Shown here piece after piece: positions 1-8,338 of a stretch of DNA of 64,000 nt. The position numbers and the translations under genes are program-made. The notes under the pieces are model-generated. The model searched no databases and was not told where the DNA came from. It worked only from the letters and a program-made list of their open reading frames with translations. Source of the stretch: a virus. Positions within the stretch are counted from its first letter, which is position 1. Each line of letters starts with the position of its first letter. Location: IMG/VR virus record IMGVR_UViG_3300037493_001906, positions 1 through 64,000 of that record; one strand, 5' to 3'.

Positions 1-342
1 CTGGGGTTTGATGAACCTTGTATGGCAATATATTACTCAAAAGATAAATCTTTTAGCTGGCATCATCATAAAGATCATACTAATAATGAACCTACACTAG
101 ATTCTGGTGAGTTTAATATATCAGCACCACTATGTCAACAAGCATTTAGATGGTTTAGAGAGAAGTATAAAGTAGATTCTATAATTCAGCCAACATATTC
201 TACAAAATACCAATATAGAATGTTTCACATAGAAGGTAAAACAAAAGTTCAAATATATGGAGAGTATATGGGTAAAGAGTTTAAAACCTACGAAGAAGCA
301 GAACTTGCTTGTCTTAAGAAACTAATAGAAATTGTAAAATAA
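1..342 (+). CDS. Hypothetical protein, 5'-truncated by the window; paralog of 1123..1497
   Basis: The frame is open from nt 1 (LGFDEPC-MAIYY...), matching LGFDESC of 1123..1497. Both share APLxQQAFRWFREK and EEAELACLxKLIEIVK. Confidence 0.85.
   Translation: MGFDEPCMAIYYSKDKSFSWHHHKDHTNNEPTLDSGEFNISAPLCQQAFRWFREKYKVDSIIQPTYSTKYQYRMFHIEGKTKVQIYGEYMGKEFKTYEEAELACLKKLIEIVK
136..165 (+). repeat. 30-bp perfect direct repeat, second copy at 1279..1308; a second 25-bp perfect block at 292..316 = 1423..1447
   Basis: CAACAAGCATTTAGATGGTTTAGAGAGAAG and GAAGAAGCAGAACTTGCTTGTCTTA each occur twice, inside the two paralogous genes. Confidence 0.95.
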
Positions 343-551
343 TGGGAGATGTAGAACAAGGAACCTGTAGTATATGCAGAGAACAAGAAGTTCCGGTAAG
401 TAGAAAATACTACAGGTATGCTATTGATTGCGAATGTTGTAATGGTGTTGGTAATCATCACTTTGCCATCGTATGGTATTGTAAAAAATGCACACCAAAA
501 CCACCAGAAAGGATTCATGTAACAATTAAACCTTATGAAGAAAAAGACTAA
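342..551 (+). CDS. Small Cys-rich, probably Zn-binding, hypothetical protein (69 aa)
   Basis: CSIC, CECC and CKKC motifs; start and stop overlap the neighbouring genes (TAATG). Confidence 0.7.
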   Translation: MGDVEQGTCSICREQEVPVSRKYYRYAIDCECCNGVGNHHFAIVWYCKKCTPKPPERIHVTIKPYEEKD

Positions 552-700
552 TGAAGATACTAATCTTAGTAGGAACATCTAGTAATGAGCATCATCCTCT
601 AATGGATCAGGTTCAAAAAGAGACATGGGATGTAGCTTGTATGTTATTAATTAGAATTGGAATAAGCTTTAGCTTAGTAGGACTATTCACTAGAAAATAA
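551..700 (+). CDS. Small hypothetical protein (49 aa) with hydrophobic C-terminus; not in ORF track
   Basis: MKILILVGTSSNEHHPLMDQVQKETWDVACMLLIRIGISFSLVGLFTRK*; the ATG overlaps the upstream stop (TAATG). Confidence 0.55.
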   Translation: MKILILVGTSSNEHHPLMDQVQKETWDVACMLLIRIGISFSLVGLFTRK

Positions 701-704
701 AACA

Positions 705-803
705 ATGAAAACACTTAACTTTATATTAACTCTTGTAGGCTTTGGTCTATGGTTTTATGCTGGATACTGTATAGGTAAAGCTAATAACAAAAAAGATGAA
801 TAA
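705..803 (+). CDS. Small single-pass membrane peptide (32 aa); not in ORF track
   Basis: MKTLNFILTLVGFGLWFYAGYCIGKANNKKDE*; hydrophobic core with a charged tail; fills the gap in a tightly packed operon. Confidence 0.55.
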   Translation: MKTLNFILTLVGFGLWFYAGYCIGKANNKKDE

Positions 804-921
804 CTTTATATGTAGTGAGTGTGGTACCAAGTACAGCTCACCAGAATTAACACCTCCTCCAAGTATTAAATGGAGTGATGGTCATGTATGTACACCTAAA
901 CCTGTAGACAATGGAAAATGA
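796..921 (+). CDS. Small Zn-ribbon-like peptide (41 aa); not in ORF track
   Basis: MNNFICSECGTKYSSPELTPPPSIKWSDGHVCTPKPVDNGK*; CxxC plus HxC; overlaps both neighbours. Confidence 0.55.
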   Translation: MNNFICSECGTKYSSPELTPPPSIKWSDGHVCTPKPVDNGK

Positions 922-1126
922 GTTTAACCAAGAGGAGTGGAATCTTAAGATAAGAGAAGCTTCAGCAAAATGGTTTGAAGAAAACCCAGACTATAATCCT
1001 GGTCTTAACTATTATGACTCAGGAGAGATAATTATACCCGAAGATCCTGAGTATTACAGAGTACCAAGGGATATGTGGTTTGATTATCATGATGCTAAGT
1101 ATAATACTAAAATGGATAGAAGATGA
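911..1126 (+). CDS. Hypothetical protein (71 aa)
   Basis: ORF in packed operon; ATGA overlap with the next gene. Confidence 0.7.
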   Translation: MENEFNQEEWNLKIREASAKWFEENPDYNPGLNYYDSGEIIIPEDPEYYRVPRDMWFDYHDAKYNTKMDRR

Positions 1127-1497
1127 ATAAAGAATTTATACCTTATGAACAAGCATTAGCTTTAAAAGAATTAGGATTTGATGAATCTTGTTTTGGATCT
1201 TATGATCCATTTGGATCTAAACAATTAAGTTATAGTGGAATTTACACTTATGGTAATTGTATAGCAGCACCACTATACCAACAAGCATTTAGATGGTTTA
1301 GAGAGAAGCATGATTTACAAGCTTCTAATATTATGTTTAGTAATGGTAAGTATGATACTGGAATTACTAGATATAAAGGAACTCAAAGTGTATGGGGAAA
1401 TGGACCTATTTATGATACCTTTGAAGAAGCAGAACTTGCTTGTCTTATTAAACTAATTGAAATTGTTAAAATAAATAACAATGAGTTGGACTTATAA
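1123..1497 (+). CDS. Hypothetical protein (124 aa); paralog of 1..342
   Basis: MNKEFIPYEQALALKELGFDE...QQAFRWFREK...EEAELACL blocks shared with the first ORF. Confidence 0.85.
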   Translation: MNKEFIPYEQALALKELGFDESCFGSYDPFGSKQLSYSGIYTYGNCIAAPLYQQAFRWFREKHDLQASNIMFSNGKYDTGITRYKGTQSVWGNGPIYDTFEEAELACLIKLIEIVKINNNELDL

Positions 1498-1900
1498 AGG
1501 AGCTGTCTTTATGGATCATATGATACCTGAAGGAGCTGTTGGATTTGTTTATGTTATGTCTGCTATTATTGGTGGTAAATCTGTAAGCTACATAGGTAAG
1601 AAGAATTTCTATGCTAACAGAAAAGTAAAGCTTGGTAAGAAAGCTTTACCCACTGATAAGAGAAAGAAAGGATATAAGCAAGTCCAAAAGTTAGACTATC
1701 AAAATTACTTCAGTAGCAATGAAGTTCTCAAGGCTGCAAAAGTAGTTGGTGTAGCCATTAAGAGAGAGATAATACAAATCTGTTTTAGCAAAACAGAATT
1801 AACTTATTATGAAACCAAGCTTCAATTTATGCATGGAGTATTGGAATCTGATATTTATCTCAATGGAAATATATTAGGAAGGTTTTATAAATTAAAATAA
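1481..1900 (+). CDS. GIY-YIG-like nuclease, stand-alone (139 aa)
   Basis: GFVY-x12-YIGKK motif pair, a downstream conserved Glu (YYETKLQ) and the YLNGNI tail typical of small phage GIY-YIG proteins. Confidence 0.65.
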   Translation: MSWTYKGAVFMDHMIPEGAVGFVYVMSAIIGGKSVSYIGKKNFYANRKVKLGKKALPTDKRKKGYKQVQKLDYQNYFSSNEVLKAAKVVGVAIKREIIQICFSKTELTYYETKLQFMHGVLESDIYLNGNILGRFYKLK

Positions 1901-2229
1901 TGGCTATATGTATTAATCCAGGAATGTTAATTAACCTTAGAGATAATAATGTGCTTGGTGTAAATATATTTTGGGAATCTAATTTACATATAAAGTCAGT
2001 AAAGTTAATTGGTACTAAACTTAAATTATATCAAGATGAATTATCTGATTTGGGTATAGATATATTGTTAACTAATAGATTACACCATAATTTTTTACAA
2101 GGATATATTAATATCTTTTTTAAAACTATGTCCTATAGAATAACTGTAGTGGATTTTAGTGAAACAAAAAATTTTGATTATCAAAGAGTAACAGAAGAAT
2201 TTTATACAGGAATAATAAGAGCAATATAA
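1900..2229 (+). CDS. Hypothetical protein (109 aa)
   Basis: ORF coupled to both neighbours by TAATG overlaps. Confidence 0.7.
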   Translation: MAICINPGMLINLRDNNVLGVNIFWESNLHIKSVKLIGTKLKLYQDELSDLGIDILLTNRLHHNFLQGYINIFFKTMSYRITVVDFSETKNFDYQRVTEEFYTGIIRAI

Positions 2230-2606
2230 TGGAGACAATAAAATTAAATTATGAATCATTATTAAAAATGATTAAGTCAAATGATGCTGAAAATAAAACA
2301 GTGGCATTAGAAGCAATGAAGAATGCTAAGGTTAAGGAAAACTTTGTATGTCTTTCTCTGCTATTAAAGTTTGGAAACATATCACAAGATGAATTACACT
2401 ACTTATCTGAGATTGGTAAAATTTATGATTTCAAATTCAGTAACATAACCTTTGGACTTATCTATGATAAGATGGAGAAACTTAGAGTACCTGTTGACCA
2501 AGTAGAGTTATTCATAAAAGAGTTTAATAAGTTTATTAAAAATAAATTAAAATATGGATATACTTTTATTAATGGTGTTGAAATTAGTTTAAGAGGATTT
2601 GAATGA
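2229..2606 (+). CDS. Hypothetical helical protein (125 aa); member of the local KSxDxEN paralog family
   Basis: LNYESLLKMIKSNDAENKTVALEAMKNA motif shared with 2603..3019, 6755..7225 and part of 7227..8321. Confidence 0.8.
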   Translation: METIKLNYESLLKMIKSNDAENKTVALEAMKNAKVKENFVCLSLLLKFGNISQDELHYLSEIGKIYDFKFSNITFGLIYDKMEKLRVPVDQVELFIKEFNKFIKNKLKYGYTFINGVEISLRGFE

Positions 2607-3019
2607 ACCACAAATTAACATCAGAAGAATTTTATAACATTCTTAATATGCTTAAGTCAGAAGATATTGAGAATAAAATTGTTGCATTAAATCTAATTGA
2701 GAATTTAAATGCAAAGAAGAATATAGTATATATTCTGTTATTCTATAAAAAGTATAATGATCTTAAACTCTGGATAAGCAATGCACCTAAGCAACTACAA
2801 ATGATTAGGCAAAGGTGTATACAAACAGATGGAGATACAGATCAACAACTTAGTCTTTCCTTTAATAAAATATTTAGAATAGTTAGAACAACTAATTATC
2901 TAGATGAAGAAGATGTAAACATAATATTTGATATGTATGCTCTTGAACTTAGTAAGATTGCAGGAAGACTGCTAAACAAATCAACTAAAATTATATTAAC
3001 AATAGAAACAAATGAGTAA
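2603..3019 (+). CDS. Hypothetical helical protein (138 aa); KSxDxEN paralog
   Basis: LTSEEFYNILNMLKSEDIENKIVALNLIENLN motif. Confidence 0.8.
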   Translation: MNHKLTSEEFYNILNMLKSEDIENKIVALNLIENLNAKKNIVYILLFYKKYNDLKLWISNAPKQLQMIRQRCIQTDGDTDQQLSLSFNKIFRIVRTTNYLDEEDVNIIFDMYALELSKIAGRLLNKSTKIILTIETNE

Positions 3020-4220
3020 TAAAGTAGAGCAGCTAGCCAAAGCTAGTAAAGACTTAATGCTTAGTGAGCCATTCTATGGAATGTTTCTCATTATGTTAAA
3101 TAAAAGATGGGATGACAATATCCCTACTGCAGGTGTATGCTTAAATGGAATCAACTATCAGCTACTTATTAGTGAAAAGTATTGGTCTACACTAAGTGAA
3201 AGTCACCATATAGGATTACTCAAGCATGAGTTACTTCATATAGGCTTCTTTCATTTAACAGACTATGCAAGTTTAACAGATAGAGACGTAGCTAATATAG
3301 CAATGGACCTAGAGATTAATCAGTATATAGCCAGTCATCTTCTCCCACCTGGAGGAATGGTGCTTTCTATGTTCCCTGAATTAAATTTAGAACCAAAGAA
3401 AGGCACACATTATTACTATGAAAAACTCCAACAAGGAAAGAAAGATGGTAATTGTCCTAACCTAAACAAGATGCTTGAAGGTATGGGTCAAGGACAAATG
3501 ACTATTAGTATTGATGTAAAAGGTAAATCATCAAATGCACAGATGCCTGACCATAGTACATGGAAAGATATGGAAAACTTGTCTGAAGCTGAGCAAAAGC
3601 TGATACAAAAACAAGTGGAACATATTCTTAAAGAGGTAGCAGAACAAGCACAGAAAGCTTGTGGTAATGTACCTGGAGAGTTTAGTGAAATATTAGATAG
3701 GATAAATCATAGAGAGGCACCCAAGTTTGATTGGCGTGGTTATCTAAGAAGGTTTACTGGAGGTTCTACCAAAATCTTTACAAAGAAAACCAGAAGGAAG
3801 TATAATAAAAGGTATGATGAGAATCCAGGTTTGAAGATTAAACCTAAGAGACACATACTTGTTGCTATAGATACATCAGGATCTGTTAGCTCAAATGAAT
3901 TAAAAGAGTTCTTGGGTGAGATGCACCATATTCAAAAAACAGGAACTGAGATTACAGTAGTTCAGGCTGACACTGCAATAAGCCATATAGAAAAATTTAA
4001 CCATAGAAAAGAATTTCAAGTCTTTGGTAGAGGTGGGACAACTTTCCAACCTGTAGTTGATTATTATAATGCAAACCTACACAAGTATACGTGTATGTTT
4101 TATTTTACTGATGGCGAAGCATCTGCTCCTACAAAAGCAAAAGGTAGAATGCTGTGGGTATTAAGTAGTAAATCAAATATTAACCCTGACCTGATAGGTC
4201 CACAAATTAAATTAAACTAA
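3012..4220 (+). CDS. Metallopeptidase-like plus VWA domain protein (DUF2201-like), MoxR partner
   Basis: HExxH motif (HELLH) in the N-terminal half; MIDAS motif DTSGS, GRGGT and YFTDG in the C-terminal VWA domain; adjacent to a MoxR-type ATPase. Confidence 0.85.
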   Translation: MSNKVEQLAKASKDLMLSEPFYGMFLIMLNKRWDDNIPTAGVCLNGINYQLLISEKYWSTLSESHHIGLLKHELLHIGFFHLTDYASLTDRDVANIAMDLEINQYIASHLLPPGGMVLSMFPELNLEPKKGTHYYYEKLQQGKKDGNCPNLNKMLEGMGQGQMTISIDVKGKSSNAQMPDHSTWKDMENLSEAEQKLIQKQVEHILKEVAEQAQKACGNVPGEFSEILDRINHREAPKFDWRGYLRRFTGGSTKIFTKKTRRKYNKRYDENPGLKIKPKRHILVAIDTSGSVSSNELKEFLGEMHHIQKTGTEITVVQADTAISHIEKFNHRKEFQVFGRGGTTFQPVVDYYNANLHKYTCMFYFTDGEASAPTKAKGRMLWVLSSKSNINPDLIGPQIKLN

Positions 4221-4240
4221 ATTTTAAACACACAAAACAC

Positions 4241-4377
4241 ATGGCAGCAAATACAAGAGTAAAGTTAAATTCAGAAGAGCTTAAGGATTATTTAAGACAC
4301 ATGATTACGAATAACATAGTTATTCAAGAGAGAGGTATCACTCCTATCTCATCAAATATTGAAGGAGAAGCTGGGAT
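4241..4377 (+). CDS. MoxR-like AAA+ ATPase, exon 1 (45 codons plus 2 nt)
   Basis: MAANTRVKLNSEELKDYLRHMITNNIVIQERGITPISSNIEGEAG-(AT). Joining to 5484 restores Walker A GEAGIGKTS. Confidence 0.9.
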
Positions 4378-5483
4378 TAATTCAAAATAATTTGTATATT
4401 GCAAACATGAAAAAATTATTCAAAGAATGTTTGCATAAAAATCTAAGTAATAAGTCAGGTATATACATTATAAAATGTAATGAACACACTTATATAGGTA
4501 GTAGTTGTAATCTATACTATAGATTAAAAAGACACGTGAGTGATCTTAATAATTTAAAACATAGTAATAAATTTTTACAAAACTTATATAATAAATATGG
4601 TTCAGACATTATAATATTTGATATAATTGAATATTGTAATATTGAAACTCTAATAATTAGAGAAACATATTATATAAAAACTATGTCACCTGATATTAAT
4701 CATGATTTAAATCCTGTAAAAAGAACTTTTAAAAAAGAATCTATAGAAAAGATTTCTAAAAGTTTAAAACAGTTATATAAATTAGGATTAAAAAACCCTT
4801 TTTCTAAAGAAGTACATAGATATAAACCCGATGGAAAATACATTGATTCACATGAATCATGCTGTGCTGCAGGTAGAAAATTAAATCTTAATGGATCTAA
4901 AATTTCTAAAGCAGCATCAGGTAAAGGAAGTTCATCTGGTGGGTATTTATGGTCTTATGAGAAAGTTGATAAACTAATAAAAAACATAAATCAATCTAAA
5001 AGAGTAAGATCTTTAGATATAAATAATAATGTGATTCACACATGGTTATCTATAAATGATTTATGTAAAGATTTAAAAATTAGTCATTCAGCTACATCAT
5101 TACGAATTAAAAAAGGTAATTATTACAACGGTTTAAAATACAAATTTATCTAGTTCCAGGATAAAATTGGGTGAATTGCTGGAAACTCCTTAGAGTCTTA
5201 TTAGCTACAACATAACTAGAAATGGTAAGTGTGAATGCAGAAAATAGTAAGAATTGGACAATCAGCAGCCAAGCATAAATCTAAAAGGTTTGTGAAGGTT
5301 CAACGACTAGGTATTGAAACTAAGTTCCTCAACGGATTATCTCCAACTGAGTTCTGCTTAGAATATAAAATACCCAAGAGTGCCCGACAATTAAGTTTGA
5401 AAGACAACTTAATTGAAGATATAGTCTGAACTATAGTGAAAGCTATAGAAGTAAAGATAAAGAGCTTTACGATAACATAATTG
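4378..5483 (+). mobile_element. Group I self-splicing intron (probably subgroup IA), about 1106 nt
   Basis: The 5' exon ends in U (4377) and the intron ends in G (5483). Core elements: P AATTGCTGGAAA 5174-5185, Q AATCAGCAGC 5260-5269, R GTTCAACGACTAG 5298-5310, S AAGATATAGTCT 5416-5427. P7 GACTA/TAGTC; P8 and P9 hairpins with GAAA loops. The internal guide TAGTTCCAG (5151-5159) pairs with CTGGGATTA, with a U.G pair at the splice site. Confidence 0.93.
4407..5153 (+). CDS. Intron-encoded GIY-YIG homing endonuclease (248 aa) with C-terminal NUMOD-like DNA-binding modules
   Basis: SGIY-x9-YIGSS-x5-RL motif, conserved Glu (RETYYI) and an HTH-like KEVHRYKPDGKYIDSHES...GGYLWSY module. The ATG at 4407 is preferred over the track's TTG at 4359, which lies in exon 1. 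Confidence 0.88.
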   Translation: MKKLFKECLHKNLSNKSGIYIIKCNEHTYIGSSCNLYYRLKRHVSDLNNLKHSNKFLQNLYNKYGSDIIIFDIIEYCNIETLIIRETYYIKTMSPDINHDLNPVKRTFKKESIEKISKSLKQLYKLGLKNPFSKEVHRYKPDGKYIDSHESCCAAGRKLNLNGSKISKAASGKGSSSGGYLWSYEKVDKLIKNINQSKRVRSLDINNNVIHTWLSINDLCKDLKISHSATSLRIKKGNYYNGLKYKFI

Positions 5484-6753
5484 AGGTAAGACTTCAACTA
5501 TTGTGCAACTAGCTAAAGAACTTGATATGAATTTTATCAGGCTTAACTTAGCTGAGATAGAAGAGCTAGGGGATTTGGTAGGATTTCCATTGAGACAATT
5601 TGAGATGTGTAAAGAAGGAAAAATGGTAGCTCAGACTATCCAAGTTCCTGAAACAAGAATGGTTCCTGTTATGGTTAAACAAACTATAACTGAAAACAGA
5701 CAAGTTCAGAAACAAGTAATGGGTGGTGATGGAAAACTTATGATGAGAACTGTTACTGTTCCTGTGAGCGTAGAGGTTGAAGTAGAGGAGATGCAAGAAC
5801 AAACTATTATGGTAGATAGAAATATCCAAGCCAATGATGGTGCTTGTATTTGGGTTGATGAGCATGCAGTAAATGAGTATGCTAAACAAAACTTTAGCTT
5901 TACAGGTAAGAAAAGAATGTCTTATTGTCCTCCAGAATGGATTACTGGTTTAGATAACAGACCAGGTATCCTTTGCCTAGATGATTATACTAGGGCAGAC
6001 CAAAGATTTATTCAGGCCTGTATGACTCTTATTGAGACACAAACTTATATGTCTTGGGAACTTCCTAAAGGTTGGACTATTATTCTAACTACTAATCCTG
6101 ATGATGGAGAGTATCTTGTTACACCAATGGATGATGCTCAGAAGACTAGGTTTGTAACTATTGACCTTAAGTTTGATGTTAATTGCTGGGCTAAGTGGGC
6201 TGAGCAAGCAGGAATAGATGGCAGGTGTGTTAATTTCTTATTGTTACATCCTGAGTTGGTACAAGGAACTTGTAATGCAAGGTCTATTGTTACCTTCTTC
6301 AATGCTATTTATTCTATAGAAGACTTTAGTTCTCAGCTACCACTAATCCAAATGATTGGTGAAGGTTCAGTAGGACCAGAGTTCAGCTATATGTTTACCA
6401 CATTTATCAATAACAAACTTGATAAGTTGGTAACTCCAAAAGATATTTTGCTTCATGACAATGAGCCTTATATCATAGGTGAATTAAGAAATTGTATTGG
6501 TAGAGGTGCAGATTATAGAGCTGATATTGCTAGTGTTTTAACTACTAGGTTAATCAACTTTACTATTAACTATTCCAATACTAATTCTATTACTCAAAAG
6601 GTAATTGATAGATTAATTAAACTATCCACAGATGAGGAGACTTTAACTGATGATCTCAAATATGTTTTGATTAAGAAAGTTCTTAATGGTAACAAAACTA
6701 AGTTTAACAAGCTTATGACTAATGGTGATGTCATGAGAATAGCAATGAAGTAA
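5484..6753 (+). CDS. MoxR-like AAA+ ATPase, exon 2 (spliced product 468 aa)
   Basis: GKTS completing Walker A, ELGDLVGFP, Walker B LCLDDYTRAD, sensor-1 TTNP, arginine finger AQKTRF. Confidence 0.9.
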
Positions 6754-6754
6754 T

Positions 6755-7225
6755 ATGATTGAAACAACAAATCAAGTGGGGTCAGCAGTAGCTGATCCCA
6801 CTATTCTTACAGAAGAGACATATAATACATTAGTAAAAATAACAAAGAGTAATGACCCTGAAAATATTAAATTAGTTCAGGTTATACTTACTCAACTTAA
6901 TATAGAGAAATCTATATGGTGGATATATCAATTAGCAAAGAATACTTATGCTAATAATTTAGTAAACCTTAGAACCAAAGCAGGTAGGAAGTTTAGAGAT
7001 GATGCTAACTTATTTATGTTAGCAGGATCATCAGAACATAGTTTTGCTTATTGGTGTAATAAAAAAGGATGGCTTACTCCTGAAATATTTATGAAGTGTA
7101 AAAAATATATAATTGCTAAACTTAAAAGTAATGCAAGTGTAGATCCATTTTATACAGTACACATAGAGTTAAGTGAAGAGTTTAAAAGATTAGACCCAAG
7201 TGATGTAGTACAAAAATTAAAATAG
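6755..7225 (+). CDS. Hypothetical protein (156 aa); KSxDxEN paralog
   Basis: LTEETYNTLVKITKSNDPENIKLVQVILTQLN motif. Confidence 0.8.
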   Translation: MIETTNQVGSAVADPTILTEETYNTLVKITKSNDPENIKLVQVILTQLNIEKSIWWIYQLAKNTYANNLVNLRTKAGRKFRDDANLFMLAGSSEHSFAYWCNKKGWLTPEIFMKCKKYIIAKLKSNASVDPFYTVHIELSEEFKRLDPSDVVQKLK

Positions 7226-7226
7226 T

Positions 7227-8321
7227 ATGAAAAATATTAAAAAGTTTATTAATGTAGATAAGTTTGATACTGCTTCTGGGTTTGAATATAGTGAAGTTTA
7301 TTATTTAAACATCAGAGGTAGAGATAAAGTAGATGACTTACTAAACAAATATAAGTATACACCTGCTAAGGGAGATAGATTATTCTTTCTACCTGGATGT
7401 ACTGTTCCTAGATTTAAACTCACAGCTTATTGTGGTAAGCATGAAGTTGCTGTAAGTAAAACAATTGAAAAAGCCAATGTAAAGTTCTATGGTGAAAAAG
7501 CAATTGATAATTTATTTACAAGGACTTCTAATTATAGCTGGGACAAACAATTATTTATTGCATTCTTAAGACAGCATTTTTTACATTATCAAAGTACATT
7601 AGACCTTATACTTACTCTTAATAATTGTGAAGGTGAACATGTATATTATAATTGGTCTGCTCAACGTAATATGAATAAAGTAGTAGATGATGATAAGCAT
7701 CCTGAAGATATTGAGTGGGATTCTAGATATTCTCATAAACTTATAGATTATGATGCAGCTCTACTACTTCAAGATGCAATAGATGACCCAAACTTTTATA
7801 GCCAAAATGAAATCTTAAAAGATATTAATGGTGGTAATGTTATGGATGGTAATATGCACCATAATATTAAAAGGTTATTCAACTCTTCTGATGACAAAGA
7901 TCATAAAGTTGCTATGGAATGTATGGCAAATTGTGATTATGAAAAAAGTTGTGTATATTTGTTGCTCCTATTCAAAGAGTTTGGTGGTAAGATTTATGAT
8001 CACTCTGCCAGAAATCAAGTTAACTTCAAAGCTTTAATCAAGTTTTTTGATATAAGCACTCACCGTATTAGAGGATTTTCATTAGATAACATAATGAATA
8101 CTTTAATTCAGAAGAAGCTTTTAAACAAATCCAATCTTGATACTCTAATGCCTTTAGCAATAGAAGATTGTTATACTCCAAGTCATGACCATTTTAAAGT
8201 TACTGGTGTAGAACCAACTCAAACAGTACTCGAAGCAACAGAAGAAAGCATTCTTAATAAGGACTGTGATACAGAAATTATTAGTGATTATCATGACCAA
8301 ATCAAACCTCACTTGGATTAA
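7227..8321 (+). CDS. Hypothetical protein (364 aa) containing a diverged KSxDxEN-type domain at about 7839-7986
   Basis: MHHNIKRLFNSSDDKDHKVAMECMANCDYEKSCVYLLLLFKEFG aligns by eye with the three paralogs. Confidence 0.8.
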   Translation: MKNIKKFINVDKFDTASGFEYSEVYYLNIRGRDKVDDLLNKYKYTPAKGDRLFFLPGCTVPRFKLTAYCGKHEVAVSKTIEKANVKFYGEKAIDNLFTRTSNYSWDKQLFIAFLRQHFLHYQSTLDLILTLNNCEGEHVYYNWSAQRNMNKVVDDDKHPEDIEWDSRYSHKLIDYDAALLLQDAIDDPNFYSQNEILKDINGGNVMDGNMHHNIKRLFNSSDDKDHKVAMECMANCDYEKSCVYLLLLFKEFGGKIYDHSARNQVNFKALIKFFDISTHRIRGFSLDNIMNTLIQKKLLNKSNLDTLMPLAIEDCYTPSHDHFKVTGVEPTQTVLEATEESILNKDCDTEIISDYHDQIKPHLD

Positions 8322-8338
8322 TTATTAAATGTAATTAT

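Noticed and set aside
1-1497. Diversity-generating retroelement template/variable repeat pair
   Set aside because: Differences between the paralogs are indels and general divergence rather than adenine-specific changes, and no reverse transcriptase is present in the window.
5235-5497. ORFs 5235..5429 (+) and 5300..5497 (-)
   Set aside because: They lie over the catalytic core of the group I intron, which fully explains the sequence.
5623-5832. Intein in the MoxR insertion, or in PolB or the RNAP
   Set aside because: No C/S...HN-[CST] splice junctions or LAGLIDADG blocks were seen.
7227-7520. BRCT-like domain at the N-terminus of the 364 aa protein
   Set aside because: Only a loose resemblance (FFLPG...AVSKTIEKAN); it cannot be supported without a profile search.
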